DNA of 59,440 bases, the filler included, from Basidiobolus ranarum (taxonomy: Eukaryota), in the NCBI GenBank assembly GCA_040143965.1. It is 4 parts of 4 records of this genome, joined end to end, with 100 filler letters (N's around TTAATTAATTAA, not from the genome) between each part and the next. Parts side by side here need not be neighbours in the genome. Positions count along the whole stretch, not along the records: positions 1 to 14,836 come from JASJQH010000409.1; positions 14,937 to 29,734 come from JASJQH010000410.1; 2 more parts are not named here. One strand, 5' to 3'. Each line of letters starts with the position of its first letter. The first letter of the stretch is position 1. A program made the translations under genes and the position numbers. The notes beneath the pieces were generated by a model. It was not told where the DNA came from and ran no database searches. It was given only the letters and a program-made list of their open reading frames with translations. Shown here piece after piece: positions 13,490 to 25,265 of the stretch.

Positions 13490-14809
13490 ATGAGATTTTC
13501 TGCTGCATGTTCCTTGGTGCTTCTTACTGTCGGAGTAAGTCAGATATGCGCAGATTTCAGTTTCGTCAACTCTGACATCCACATCCTGTTAGCCAACAAA
13601 CGCAAACTCCAAGCAGGTGACCAAGAAATGGTATTTGCTTCCAAGAATCTAATGGAGCGAGCACAGAAAGCGTTGGTACGCAAAACTATCTATACTGTTG
13701 TTCAGAAAAATCAAACGGCTCCTACAAAGGACATTCATGACTATTTAAGCTTGGCTAGGTACTATTGGCCTGATAAAACCAAACCTAAGGGGCTGCCTTA
13801 TGTCCGGAAAGATGGTCACCCAAATCCAGAAACTCGACAAGTGGCAGATTACAAGCTCTTGCATGATTTGGTAACAACATTACTCTCATATTCTCCCAAA
13901 CAAGCTCTAATCAGTGGACTTTTGAAATCAGATTAACGATATTCGTGATTTGGGTTTTGCTTTTTTCTTCACCGGGCACAATAAATATGCCGTCAAAGCG
14001 ATTGCCAACTTGCAGAGTTGGTTTATCAACGAAGAAACAAAAATGAACCCAAATCTAAACTTCGCAGCAATGATAAAAGGACACAAGTTTGGTAAAAGGA
14101 CTGGGCTTCTTGATATGAGAACCATTGGGGATTTGTTGGACGCGTTACCAATCTTACAAAAATCGCCCAGCTGGAAGCCAGAGCATACTGACGGTATCCA
14201 AGTTTGGTTTAATTCCTATCTAGATTGGCTTAACTCTACTCCATTCAGTATTGAAGAGCAAGGATCCATTAATAACCACGGTATGTTGTTGAATATGGTG
14301 ACTTCTTCGAACTTAATTAACACTTTCATTTAGGAACTTACTTTGACTACCAATTAATATCTATTGCTCTGTCTCTGGGTAAAACTAATCTTGCCGTTGC
14401 TACAGCTCAGAATGCTACTACTCGAAGAATAGCTGCGTATATTAACCCACAAGGTGTTCAGACTGAGGAAGTAAAGCGTCCGAATTCGTGGGGCTATTCA
14501 ATTTTCAATATACAAGGGCTTTGTCTGTTGGCCAGAAGTGCCAAATTAGCATCCATCGATTTGTGGGATTACTCAACTTCGGATGGGCGCTCCATTCGTA
14601 CAGGGATCAATTATTTAATCCCTTTTGCTTTAGGAAAGGCTAAATGGCCTTACAAAGATGTCATCAAAAATTCCACTAACAATGAATTTGTAGCTGTATT
14701 GGAAATGGCAGGGAGAACATATAATGACCCAGTGTATCTGAATGCTTTTGATGCGTTGAAAGAGAAGTACCCTCCTAAGATAAATTACAGTCGTTTGACG
14801 TTACCCTAA
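13490..14809 (+). CDS. Secreted alginate lyase-family polysaccharide lyase (PF05426-like)
   Basis: Signal peptide; HDYLSLARYYWP...GLPYVRKDG and NNHGTYFDYQ motifs; introns 13871-13931 and 14281-14333. Confidence 0.85.
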
Positions 14810-14836
14810 AGGCGCTACCCTAAAGGCGCTACCCTA
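14802..14836. repeat. 14-bp tandem repeat (taccctaaaggcgc) running into the gap
   Basis: About 2.5 copies overlapping the lyase stop codon. Confidence 0.8.
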
Positions 14837-14936
14837 NNNNNNNNNNNNNNNNNNNNNNNNNNNNNNNNNNNNNNNNNNNNTTAATTAATTAANNNNNNNN
14901 NNNNNNNNNNNNNNNNNNNNNNNNNNNNNNNNNNNN
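14837..14936. other. Assembly gap with TTAATTAATTAA linker
   Basis: 44 N + 12-nt all-frame stop linker + 44 N. Confidence 0.99.
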
Positions 14937-17900
14937 TGGAAGAGCTGGAAAACTAAGAAAACTTACATTTGTTTGCAAGTGTACCAAGAATGTTGGGATT
15001 ACTCTTATGGAAGATATGCTTGGAAAACTCAGAACCCCCTCCCCACATGTGCTCTATAATAAACCTGAATATCGTGTTTTTGCGTTAGTATGAACGATTT
15101 TTTTGATTTCTCAAACAACTCCTCGTAGTCACAGTACAATCGGTGCATTACTACAATAGATCCTTGTTTCAACCTTTGGTTTCGATATCTGATAAGGTCA
15201 ATTAGAATTGGCATCATGTCGGTTTCTCTATTAATGTAGTGAGTTTCCATGAATATTCTCTTGATAATTATTTCAATAGCTGATTCCCATGATTTGATAC
15301 TGTCGCCCTTCTTCGAATCCAGTATATTTAAGCGCTTCTGATCTCTAAAGAAGAGTTAGGTTTCTTGGTTAGTGAATGACGGTTTCATGACTAGACTTAG
15401 GGTTAGGGTTTAGTGAATGCCGGTTTCATGACTAGACGTACCCTTCATTTTTCAACCAAATATACAAGAACTTTCTGACTCGAATTTCGGTTCTTAAGTT
15501 GAAGAGTAGCTCTAGAATGGAGCAGATTTCAATCTTGATATCTATGATCATCTTATTTTTCTCCTTGTAGTGAAATCGTTCATCGCTATCCATTCAACAT
15601 GAGATTCCTTGTTAGGACAAAATTCACATTGTTCTTCATAAAATAGTATAGATAAGATAAAAACCTGGTTGTGTGTCTACCAATAACCTTTTTAGATTCG
15701 TCAATCAACCCGTATTCACTAGTAAGATGATTCATTTGAGTATTCAAGCGTGATTACCAAACTGTATGATTTTTAGAGCTTACTCGGTGTCTGTACGACC
15801 ATCAAGAAGAGTATTCAAGGTACAAATCAAGGAGACAATAGCGGCATGCTCATGGTAGAAGCCGAAGCTAACAAGTGCATTGACAAGCTTAAGAACCGAG
15901 AAGATCAGTGTATTGAGCTTTTCATCTCTGGTCACCTGATACAACAGTCAGTACATTTAAGGTGATAGTTTTGCAAATGATAAACAAACCGATACCTTCG
16001 AATGAACACCGAAAAATGTTCGAATCCATTGCGCCAATTTCTTGATACTTTGGATGTTTGCCAGAGATCCCTCTACCGAATAATTAGACGAGTTGGTAAT
16101 CTCGGACGCGATAAATATGAGATCTTCTGAGATTGGGGACATAGGGTAAACGTCCACATACAGTACTATACTCAGTAAAGAGTTAGAGGGCTGGCAGAGA
16201 TGTTGCATATAGAAATGAAATCTAGTAAGATGATACCTCTGATAAGATTGCAATACTGTGTTCGTATTTCTATTGGCAATTTCTCATTAAACAAGCAAAT
16301 TAGACACTTTTCTAATGAGATTTTGAGATAAACCTCCGTGACGAGATTCAGCGAATTTTCATTCCTTCCCAAGCAGACTGCATTGATAAACTTCAACATG
16401 GCCTCAAAATATCTGGCTTTTGTAGGTACACGAGTAAGGTATTCGTGCATCTCGATAGAGGAGTCTCCTGTTTCATCAACAACGAACACTTTGTCATTGC
16501 GGCCTTCGATCTGAGGAAAGTGAATTTTGCTGAGTATTTGGTAAGCAATATAGTCTTGATGTTGACGGATCGGCGTGTCATTACAGGAACAAAGGGTGAT
16601 CAATATATCTAGAAATATGGGATCTTTTCCAGTAAGCACTGCTTCTACAAAAAAATCAGTTTGTTCGGGCGTAATTTTTTCAATCAACTCTCGATTCCCG
16701 TGTAGAAGTCGAATAATGACTTGGGCCACTTCAATATTATGCTGGATATGCTGACACAAGGTGGGCAGATAGTCAAACACATATTTTTGGTTTACCAGAT
16801 GATCTCCTAAAAGAAATTGTGAAGTTAATCGATAAGAGAGAAACAACATCTCATTTAACATCGGATCCCGTTTCAATGCGGCCAAATCCACCTCTGCTTC
16901 CCCCTCTGCCTCTATGCCAGCCTGAAGGCTGTTGCGCAATTTTCTTCTGACATTCAGAGAGAAAGGAACCCGCAGGATCAGTAAAATCTTAGCCATGATG
17001 CCACTTTCCCTGAGGATGTCCTGGTGAGCTGTTAGATCACAATGAAATTAGCTACAAACAGGATGATGTAAATCACAGTTCAACCTACCAACAATCGGCA
17101 AACCGATTCGCCTACTAGGATCCATCTCGCCAGACTTTGAGGAGAAGTATATCAAAGAGATCTTCAAAATGAAATGGGTTAAAATAAGCTTTGTTGCGCC
17201 AGTGTTGCGTCAACTGTGTTACCAATATCTTTTTGATCTTTTCGTCTTCATTAATATCAATGGGAAAAGCCTTATGAGCGGTAGCAGTCCGAGGTTTTAC
17301 CAAGAAATGATCTAGATGCGGTGCCATACTATTAACAAAATTGAATGTCTCGCCTAGCTCACTGCCAACACGAGTGATCGTAAAGCAGTCATCAAAACTA
17401 GTTTGATTAGTTGCCATGACGGTGAAGCCATCATTACAATCAGTGTGAATCAAGAATGAATATTGACGTTGAAGCTGACTGAGTGCCTTGTCTGGGTTAG
17501 GCGTGTCGATGTCATGCAAATGAAGCCAAGTTTGAGTCTTCACATGGCGAAATTTAGTGTATGACCCGGTAATAATGTTTGTATCATCAAACTCCAACGA
17601 TTGTAATTCGAAAAGAGTGCTATCATCGTCAGGGTTTCGAGGCCCTAGGATAATTCTGTATAAAGTCTTTCCAGAGATGGGATCATGTGTTCTAGAACTG
17701 AGATCCACTTGCAAATATAACCTTGAGATTGGGCATTTGATTCGACACCGAACTCCGCCCTTCAACAGACCGCCATTAAATGCTGACTCCATGATAATTT
17801 GCCAAAAAGTGAGCGACGAGTCACTTTCCTGTGGGTTTAATGGGTTAAATACGTGCGGTCTCACAGTGACCCGATTGGTTCCAAGGAGATTTTGTAAATA

Positions 17901-18766
17901 ACCCTCCTTCTCCTTATGGTAGAGTCGAACAAAATGCCCACCTTTAAGTCGTCTACTATTGAGTGATTGAATTGGACTAAAACAATGAACTTTCCAGCCG
18001 AAAGAATTCAGTGAGTTATAAACCTCATGAAGCTGAGTTTTGAAGACTTCGTGGGTGAAGATGGATAATCCAGCTTTCAGATACCCTTCAGTTTTGATTG
18101 ATTGTAATATCACTAGAGAACCTCAGATATTAGCGATGAAGCAAGTGAGTAATTAAGAACAAATAAAAATAGGGTTTATATACCTGAATCGCCAAGGCGG
18201 ACAGGCTCGCCTTCTCCACGAATTCGGTGTTTAGGTAAGATTCTAAAGAAATTTTTTTTACTAGTCATTTTAGACAAGTCTACGATCAAGGTGGTCCCTT
18301 TATGGGTGGTAGTTTGGTTGGTATTTACTCGTAAATATTTGTTGTAATGAATATTTCTCAGCTGAATCACTTGTCCGTAAAGTAATACTTTACTTTTAAG
18401 ACGTTGACATTCAGCCTTATTATATTCGTTTTCTGCCAAAGCCGCCCTTCGTAGTTTCTCTAACTGCTGGTTAGTCTCCTCCAGAACTTCTTCCGAATTC
18501 AGTACCTCTCCGGGTGCTTCGAAGATCAGGGAGTTTTTGAGAGCGGTGAAAATCTTCCGAAGCGTTTTGTTAGCTTCATAGTTATATTGAGGCTCTACTC
18601 TAAAGACGTATGCGTTAACATCTTGAGAGAAATCGTTTTGACTAGTGTCATCTCTCAAATAAATACGAGGTTGTATGGGGCCTTCAGCGAATAATAAACC
18701 ACCAATCTCTGAGGATAATAGGATATCGTCCCCTATTCTAAGGAACTCTTCGACTTCCCTTTTCAT
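14937..18766 (-). CDS. IP3/ryanodine receptor-family Ca2+ channel, N-terminal part (suppressor, MIR and RIH domains); 3' part cut by the gap
   Basis: FLRIGDDILL, VFRVEPQYNY, LLYGQVIQL, FRILPKHRIRGEGEPVRLGD, MIR LKGGHFVRLYHKEKEGYL, RIH HQDILRESGIM and LLHGNRELIEKIT, FLDILITLCSCN. Confidence 0.88.
15369..15437. repeat. 28-bp duplication flanking TTAGGGTTAGGGT inside an intron
   Basis: Copies at 15369-15396 and 15410-15437 (1 mismatch); filler 15397-15409. Confidence 0.9.
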
Positions 18767-20769
18767 TCCACAAGCCAGCTATATTGGAAGCAAACCTAGC
18801 AATGAAGAAAGATATTGAATTTACTTTCTAAGCCATAGGACGGCTTAAGCGTTCCACAATCCACATCTAGAGATAATTATAGCCAATAACGATGTTTCGA
18901 TCCTACAATCTTTGTATATATATATTGAACATGCGTTGTAACGCCCCTCGAAACCAAGTTGCTTATTCGCCATATATCAGTAATTCAATGCCTGTTACAT
19001 GTAAATTCTGATCCTTTTGAGGAAATTCTAGTCATATCAAACTCAAGAAATTCAACCATATATGTGCACTCAATTAAAGATCAATTATAGTGTATTTAGG
19101 TATTTTTGCTGGTACTTTGGGAGACGGAAATTCCTTTTCCAGTGCTTGACCTGGGAAACAATGCCAAGTTTATGGATGCGAGTGATAAAAAACCCATAAC
19201 TATAAGATTGTGCGCATGAGCATCTCAACAATGAATCCGTCTTTGGATTGTGATACTACGGGTTGGCCTGGCCGAAGGCAAACAGAAAATTGGTTGATCG
19301 TTGGGATAAGAATCGGATCAATGCGTAGCCTGAGACCTTGTCACATCTCGCACAACTCACTTCACAAAACATGCTTCTAATTGAAGATATGCCAGTTGAC
19401 TTGCTTAGTAGCCATTACTGTTTCAGAACGTAACACAATCCCTGGGCCAATGGAGTGTACGGATTTACTCGTTTTTATTTGGTTGCTAATCACCGTATTG
19501 CACTGCATAGTGACGTTTGCTGCCGCTCCTGGTCACTACCGACCCTATGCCTATTGTGGCTGAAAGTAAAATGAGATTTTTTACATATTTAGAAGATTCT
19601 GCTAGGTCTCTGCTTTAGGTGGGACTGATCTGTAGGACAAGAGCACATTGAATTCTGATCTTAAAAGTAACGAGGTAGCCTATTGTTACCTTATAAGGAT
19701 GGGAGCAATTGTAAGCCTTTTATCAAACCTGACATGTGGCTTTTGAGGGATGAATATATGGTATTTGGCGAAACAATGACGGCTTACAGTGGTTGAATTT
19801 CCATAAAAGATACGGTTGGAAAGGAAAATTCAGCATTAGCAGCATCTACTTGTTCAGAGCCAGCAACGTTCGACGATAACTGTAATTGTCTATGGCAATA
19901 TATTGCTTTAGTGATTTGGGTCAATTTTGAAGGGCTTGGAGTTCATCAACTCCAAAAATCAATGTATATGTATAGCCCGGAATCTGTAGGTTTTGTTTTT
20001 AGTGTGACGATGAAAGCGATAGTCTCTAAGGATTCTCGTCTAACTTCGATACTGAAAACCACTCCATTACATTCAATGAGCTCTCCAACATAAGATGACT
20101 GATTTACCTATGTCTTCTGATAATATTAAATCTAGTGTCTCCGTCTCCTTAAATGTGGAGTTAGACTTTGTGTCTCAGGCATAAAAAGCACTCCAACAAA
20201 GCATCCGTTTAACACATGTGCCACGAGAAGTTCTTTTGACCATCGATAACGATACCCTTTCCTCTTTGTACGGCTGGCATTATCACCTCTTGGGCTTAGC
20301 AAGCTGGTGTGAGTAAATTGTGGTCATGCAAGTCACCAATAAGCACTTGAACTTTACGCTCTGATTCTTTTGGGAGATTATCAGTATTACGTACCATCAC
20401 AGAAACATTAATTAACCCCGTTATTTGAAGCAGAGTTGGAACAATGTATTACTCAAAGATGCAGAATCGGGGTTTTATCAATATTCGATATGCTTCTAAT
20501 GATAGCATGAAAATAGATGATGTTTATTGATCTACGTCACTGGAATCGGTTATGTAGCTTCTCATAAGACAATCATTGCATTCCAGTATATATTAGAAAG
20601 GAAAATAAGCTTTACTTGAAATACTCATATAGCTTAAGATGTGCAGTGACTTTCATTTAGGTATCCCAGGTTTTGTTAATAGTAGTTGTTATAGATTAAG
20701 ATTATATCAAGACAATTGAATACATTAACTAGCATCTACTACCACTAAACAAGTAAGTGTTAAAGTTTT

Positions 20770-21725
20770 TTGAGAGCCTGTTGGAAGTGGTTTGGAGAAT
20801 TAGAGAAATTGGTGGTTTTCACTTATTGACTTATTGAGGATTCAGTTGGCATTTATAGTTTTATCACAATGTAAACAAACTAACGTGTAGAATGTGTCAA
20901 GAAAGGTCCCAGGAACATGTGTGCCAAGTTTGGGGCTTGTAGCACAAGTTATCAAAATCTATATATCTGAGAACTTCTGAGTAAATTCCAATTGGGAATA
21001 ATGGGTGATATCTTGGTTCAATATAGGATAACAAAATAATATGCTATATATGACTATATAGATGTTTAGGTAATGCCAATTTCAACACAAATAGCAACCA
21101 CAAACACATCTTGTCAATATCTTAGGATATTCTTCCAATGCTTCCAAATATCTTACATATAGATTACACAGAAATGTAATTGGTGAAAATCCCAATCTTT
21201 CCAAACCATCCAAAATGTTAAGGAAAATTTTGCAGAGATCTCTCTCTTGATATTTAGAAACAAGAGTAGGTACTTATAACATTACAAAAAGATACCTTTC
21301 TCAATACCTCCAAATGGTGGGGTTATGTCTTTGAATATCACACAATCATCAATATATTCAGTATCCCAGATATAGGAATAGTTAATGTTATGTTGAAATT
21401 AGCATTGCCTAAACACCTATATAGTCATATATAGCTTAGCACTTTTTGACTTATTGAGTATTTAGTTAGCATTTATAGTTTTGTCACAATGTAAATAAAC
21501 TAGCATGTAGAATGTGTTTAGGAAGGTCCCAGGAGCATGTGTGCAAAATTTGGGGCTTCTAACACAAGTCCAAAAAAATCTATATATCTGAGAACTTCTA
21601 AATTGGTAAAGATATTGTAAGTAAATGCCTCATAAGAATAATGGGTAATATCTTGGTAAAATATAAGATAACTAAGTACTAAGCTATATATGACTATATA
21701 GGTGTTTAGGCAATGTATTTCAACA
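20770..21725. mobile_element. Degenerate, nested non-autonomous repeat (MITE/foldback-like)
   Basis: Direct copies 20770-21088 and 21447-21725; ~54-bp inverted copy 21391-21444; a further copy at 44266-44448; no credible ORF. Confidence 0.75.
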
Positions 21726-22387
21726 TTTAAGAGTGTAAGTACTTCCGTTGAATACAAGATGTCAATGAATAGGATGACAGCTTTGTGATAGCCAAGAGAA
21801 ATATATTTACTGTCCACAATTTGTTTGGTTTATTAGGACATAGTTTATATAACATAAGCATAAATCTGTCTTACTATGTGTCTAGTGGAAAATGGTAATG
21901 AGATACTGAAACACTCAGAGCCTCAAATAAGAATTATTATTCTTCAGTCACAATTATGTGTAACAGATCCCGAGCATTCACTCGACTTGCAAGATACATA
22001 AAATGGTAAGCATGAAAGATCAAACTTCAATGCAAAGTCTAAATATGGAATACCCTTCACACAAGAATAACTCACAAATTGGTATCCCTGTGATGACCCC
22101 TTAATTTTAATTTTACGCCCCTTCTTTCGCTTGTATAAACAGGACTAACTCTGTTCATAAAGAAACCATTTATGCTTAAAGTTAAGCATCTTTCGCGAAC
22201 TCTCACCCATATAACCTCACTGTAAATACAGTTCAAATATCCTTCAAAAACTGTATCTCGGTAAAGTGGCATTGCATTCTGATTAGTATTATTTACGAAA
22301 TACCGAGAATAATGATTACTACTAGCTGTTACTCACTACATAACACTGCAAGTACCCTTCGATAAAAATCATTTCATCAACAAAACG

Positions 22388-22710
22388 TTAATGAACGAGT
22401 TGGCCGAGTGGGTTCACTAAATCAATCAAATTTTCCATTAGCAAACAAAAGAGTAAGCCACTTTCATTTAACAACGCTCGCAGGGAATTAAGCCGACCTA
22501 CTATTACTATAATAGGTTTAGAGCAATGAACTGCGGAGAGGTAGGATACTGATATAGACCTCAAATAGGCCACAGCTCCTTTGCTATTACCACTACGGGC
22601 TCCCCTAGCAAAAAGGCAACAAATAACGCTTTGCCATCGGGAATAAGACAGGGTGGTGACCCTCTCCATGCACCAACGCTACCCTGGTAGGAAATATGAG
22701 ATTCTGATTT
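22388..22710 (-). ncRNA. Candidate structured non-coding RNA, family unidentified
   Basis: Long-range stem 22419-22461/22656-22710, several internal hairpins and a terminal hairpin 22388-22420; many pairs are G-U on the minus strand only. Confidence 0.45.
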
Positions 22711-22954
22711 GGAAGAGAAACATGTATAAATCCCATTGAAGCATTGGTATAGTAGCAACGAAACAAAATGTTGGAGTTGAAAGCGGAACCAATGAAATTC
22801 CTTGAATCACCTATATCTGAAAAGTATCCATATACCTACGCCGATTCAACGTGACACAAAAATTTTTTCACTCTCCAATTCTCAATAAATGAAGGGAAAA
22901 TTTCTATCGATTTTGTTTAGGTTTCTTCCTAAAAAATTACTGCCAACTTCAATA

Positions 22955-23731
22955 ATGTCTTTCAGAAACGCTCTTATTCGTTCTTTACGCCCAGTTGCTG
23001 GTTCCATCGTACGTAACTCAGTTGTTCGTGCCACTCCTTCCATTTTACGCACTGTCTCCCCTGTTGCCACTCGTTCATTCTCCGGTAGCAGTCAACGTTT
23101 TGGCAGCGGTTTAGTTGATAAAGATTTTGCCCACTCTCTCCAAACTGAGATCTCTTATGAGACTGAGAACGAGGAAACTGAAGTACCAGAATTTTTGAAA
23201 GAATTCCAAGATAAGAATGTCTTCACACTCGAAGAGACTCCTGGACAAGCTGAAGTTACCTTGACCAGAAAGTTTGGTAACGAGACCATCCAAGCTGTCT
23301 TCTCTATCACCGATATCAACAATGCCGAGGAAGATATGATGTACGAAGAAGAAGAAAGTGAAGAGCCCGCCGAACTTCCTTTCCCTGTTCGTTGCAACAT
23401 CTCCATCACCAAGGGTGATAACAATGGTTGCTTCACCATTGATGCCATCGCTGAGGATGGTGACTTCGGCATAGAAAGTGTTATTTTCTACAAGGATGCC
23501 AAACTTGCTAGAGATCGTACTGGTGAAGCTGACTGGAATCGTCGTGGTTTCTATGTTGGCCCTAATTTCAGCAACTTAGATGAAAGCGTCAAGGAGAACA
23601 TTCAAAAGTATCTTGAAGAGCGTGGTTTCGACGAGTACTTGGCCAACTTCCTTCCTGACTACATTGAGTACAAGGAGCAAAAGGAGTATCTTCAATGGTT
23701 GAAGGACGTCAAGAACTTTGTTGAAAAATAA
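22955..23731 (+). CDS. MAM33: Mitochondrial acidic matrix protein (MAM33/C1QBP family)
   Basis: Arg/Ser-rich presequence, LTRKFGNETI, YVGPNFSNLDE, YLEERGFDE, EYKEQKEYLQWL. Confidence 0.95.
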   Translation: MSFRNALIRSLRPVAGSIVRNSVVRATPSILRTVSPVATRSFSGSSQRFGSGLVDKDFAHSLQTEISYETENEETEVPEFLKEFQDKNVFTLEETPGQAEVTLTRKFGNETIQAVFSITDINNAEEDMMYEEEESEEPAELPFPVRCNISITKGDNNGCFTIDAIAEDGDFGIESVIFYKDAKLARDRTGEADWNRRGFYVGPNFSNLDESVKENIQKYLEERGFDEYLANFLPDYIEYKEQKEYLQWLKDVKNFVEK

Positions 23732-24371
23732 GTCATGAACTCGCGGCATCATATGTACTAAACAATCAATTAATATCAAATAAACAGTATAACTCTTTGC
23801 ATTGTATTCAAAGCTCCTACTAAGAGAATGTTGAGGTTAGATATAGTGCTCGTTAAACAGGTTAATTTGGCTGAAAAAAGCATAGGTTACTAAGAGAATA
23901 AATCCTGATGAGCCACAATAGAGTCGTATCTACCAGCATATTCAAACAGATTAACGGTCACTCCTTGAATCGAAATGCAGTTAGGAAACATATTCTACGT
24001 ATTCAATACAATGTCATATCATTTGCGCCTTAGATCATTCAATTCTGATCGATATCAAATGTTAGCTTATGAGCAATAATTTGACAACCCACTTTTATTG
24101 GCTAACAAAATTACCAACAAACAAGATGATCAAAATTATCGTTATTTAAAATGCGCGTAATAGATCAGGCATGTTCAAATATGGGTTTATTTCTGACAAT
24201 TTTCAAGGTTATGATTTACACTTCAATGTTAGCATGATTGTCCAGTGAGATATAAATAATTATGTTGAAATAATAATACAGGGTTATTAACAACCATTCA
24301 AGTAGCTTCAGATAATGTATAAGATTGCGCTCGGAAAAGGCGAGGAAAGCATGCTTTAGCATAGAGGTTAA

Positions 24372-25265
24372 CTAGTGCGCACTTAATTGTGCTTGTTGCG
24401 TTTCTTTTTGTTTTCGAAGGAATGCAGAGCGCATGGAAAAGTAATCTTTGTGAAGTCCACATTCTGTTTTGCCAGTACCTGACCATCTACCACTCCGTTC
24501 ATCAGAGAGGTCTAATGTGGGTTTAGTACTATGCCAGTCTCCAATGGATCTATAACCTTTATCAAGCAGAGCATTGTAAGGGACGCCATTGTTACGGATG
24601 TAAGTCCACACCTCATCGAAGCTCCAATTAGCAAGTGGATTTAATTTTAATAAGCCAGTTCCGGCTTCCAGTTCAAGGATATCGATGCTGGAGCGGGCCC
24701 CCTTTTGAGTTCGCCGTCTACCAGTAATAATGGCAGTGACATTTAGTTCTTGATAAGCACGGCGGGCGGGTTCAACCTTGACAAGATAATCATAACTATC
24801 CTCATCAGTCTCCCATAACTTCTCTCCATGAACTTTTTCAAACTGATCGGCAGAATCAGCTCCATCAGGTTTGAAGACGTGGAGGGGAACCTTGTAATGG
24901 CTTTCACATTTCTGTGATAGCTCTATAGTTTCTGAAAAGTGAAAAAGTGTATCGATGAATATCAACGGAATTAGATGCTTGGGTTGTTGTGGGTTAGGAC
25001 TCCATTCCGGATGTTCGGCGCTAATCTTGGAGATCAAATCTAAGGCAACCAAACCTAAGCACATATTGCATCAGTACCCAGTAGTGCATTAACAACATAC
25101 TAAGAGAAACTTACCAGATGGACCGAATGCAGTGGTCTGATACAGATTAGGAAGAGTGAGAATGGCCCATTCCAATATTTGCTGAGGGGAAAGCTTTGCC
25201 AATTGCTGGTTGATGTGCTTGAGGTGGGCGGGTGTGAAAAGAGATTGCAAGTCAGAAGAACCCAT
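24372..25265 (-). CDS. MET16: PAPS reductase (1 intron)
   Basis: QTTAFG, FIDTLFHF, TGRRRTQ, KLNPLANW, GYRSIGD, RSGRW, ECGLH. Confidence 0.96.

Noticed and set aside
14881-14892. TTAATTAATTAA palindrome recurring three times (also 29779 and 44633)
   Set aside because: Always centred in 100-nt N blocks; an artificial scaffolding linker
21518-21817. 99-aa hydrophobic ORF within the repeat
   Set aside because: Chance ORF in AT-rich repeat DNA; no transposase motifs
22478-22495. aattaagccg, complementary to 18S rRNA CGGCUUAAUU, suggesting an H/ACA guide
   Set aside because: The second half of the pocket does not match, and G-U pairing favours the opposite strand
22451-22666. RNase MRP/P assignment from GUGGCUUACUC resembling CR-V
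   Set aside because: The pairing is nested rather than a P4 pseudoknot, and the GARAR loop and CR-IV were not found
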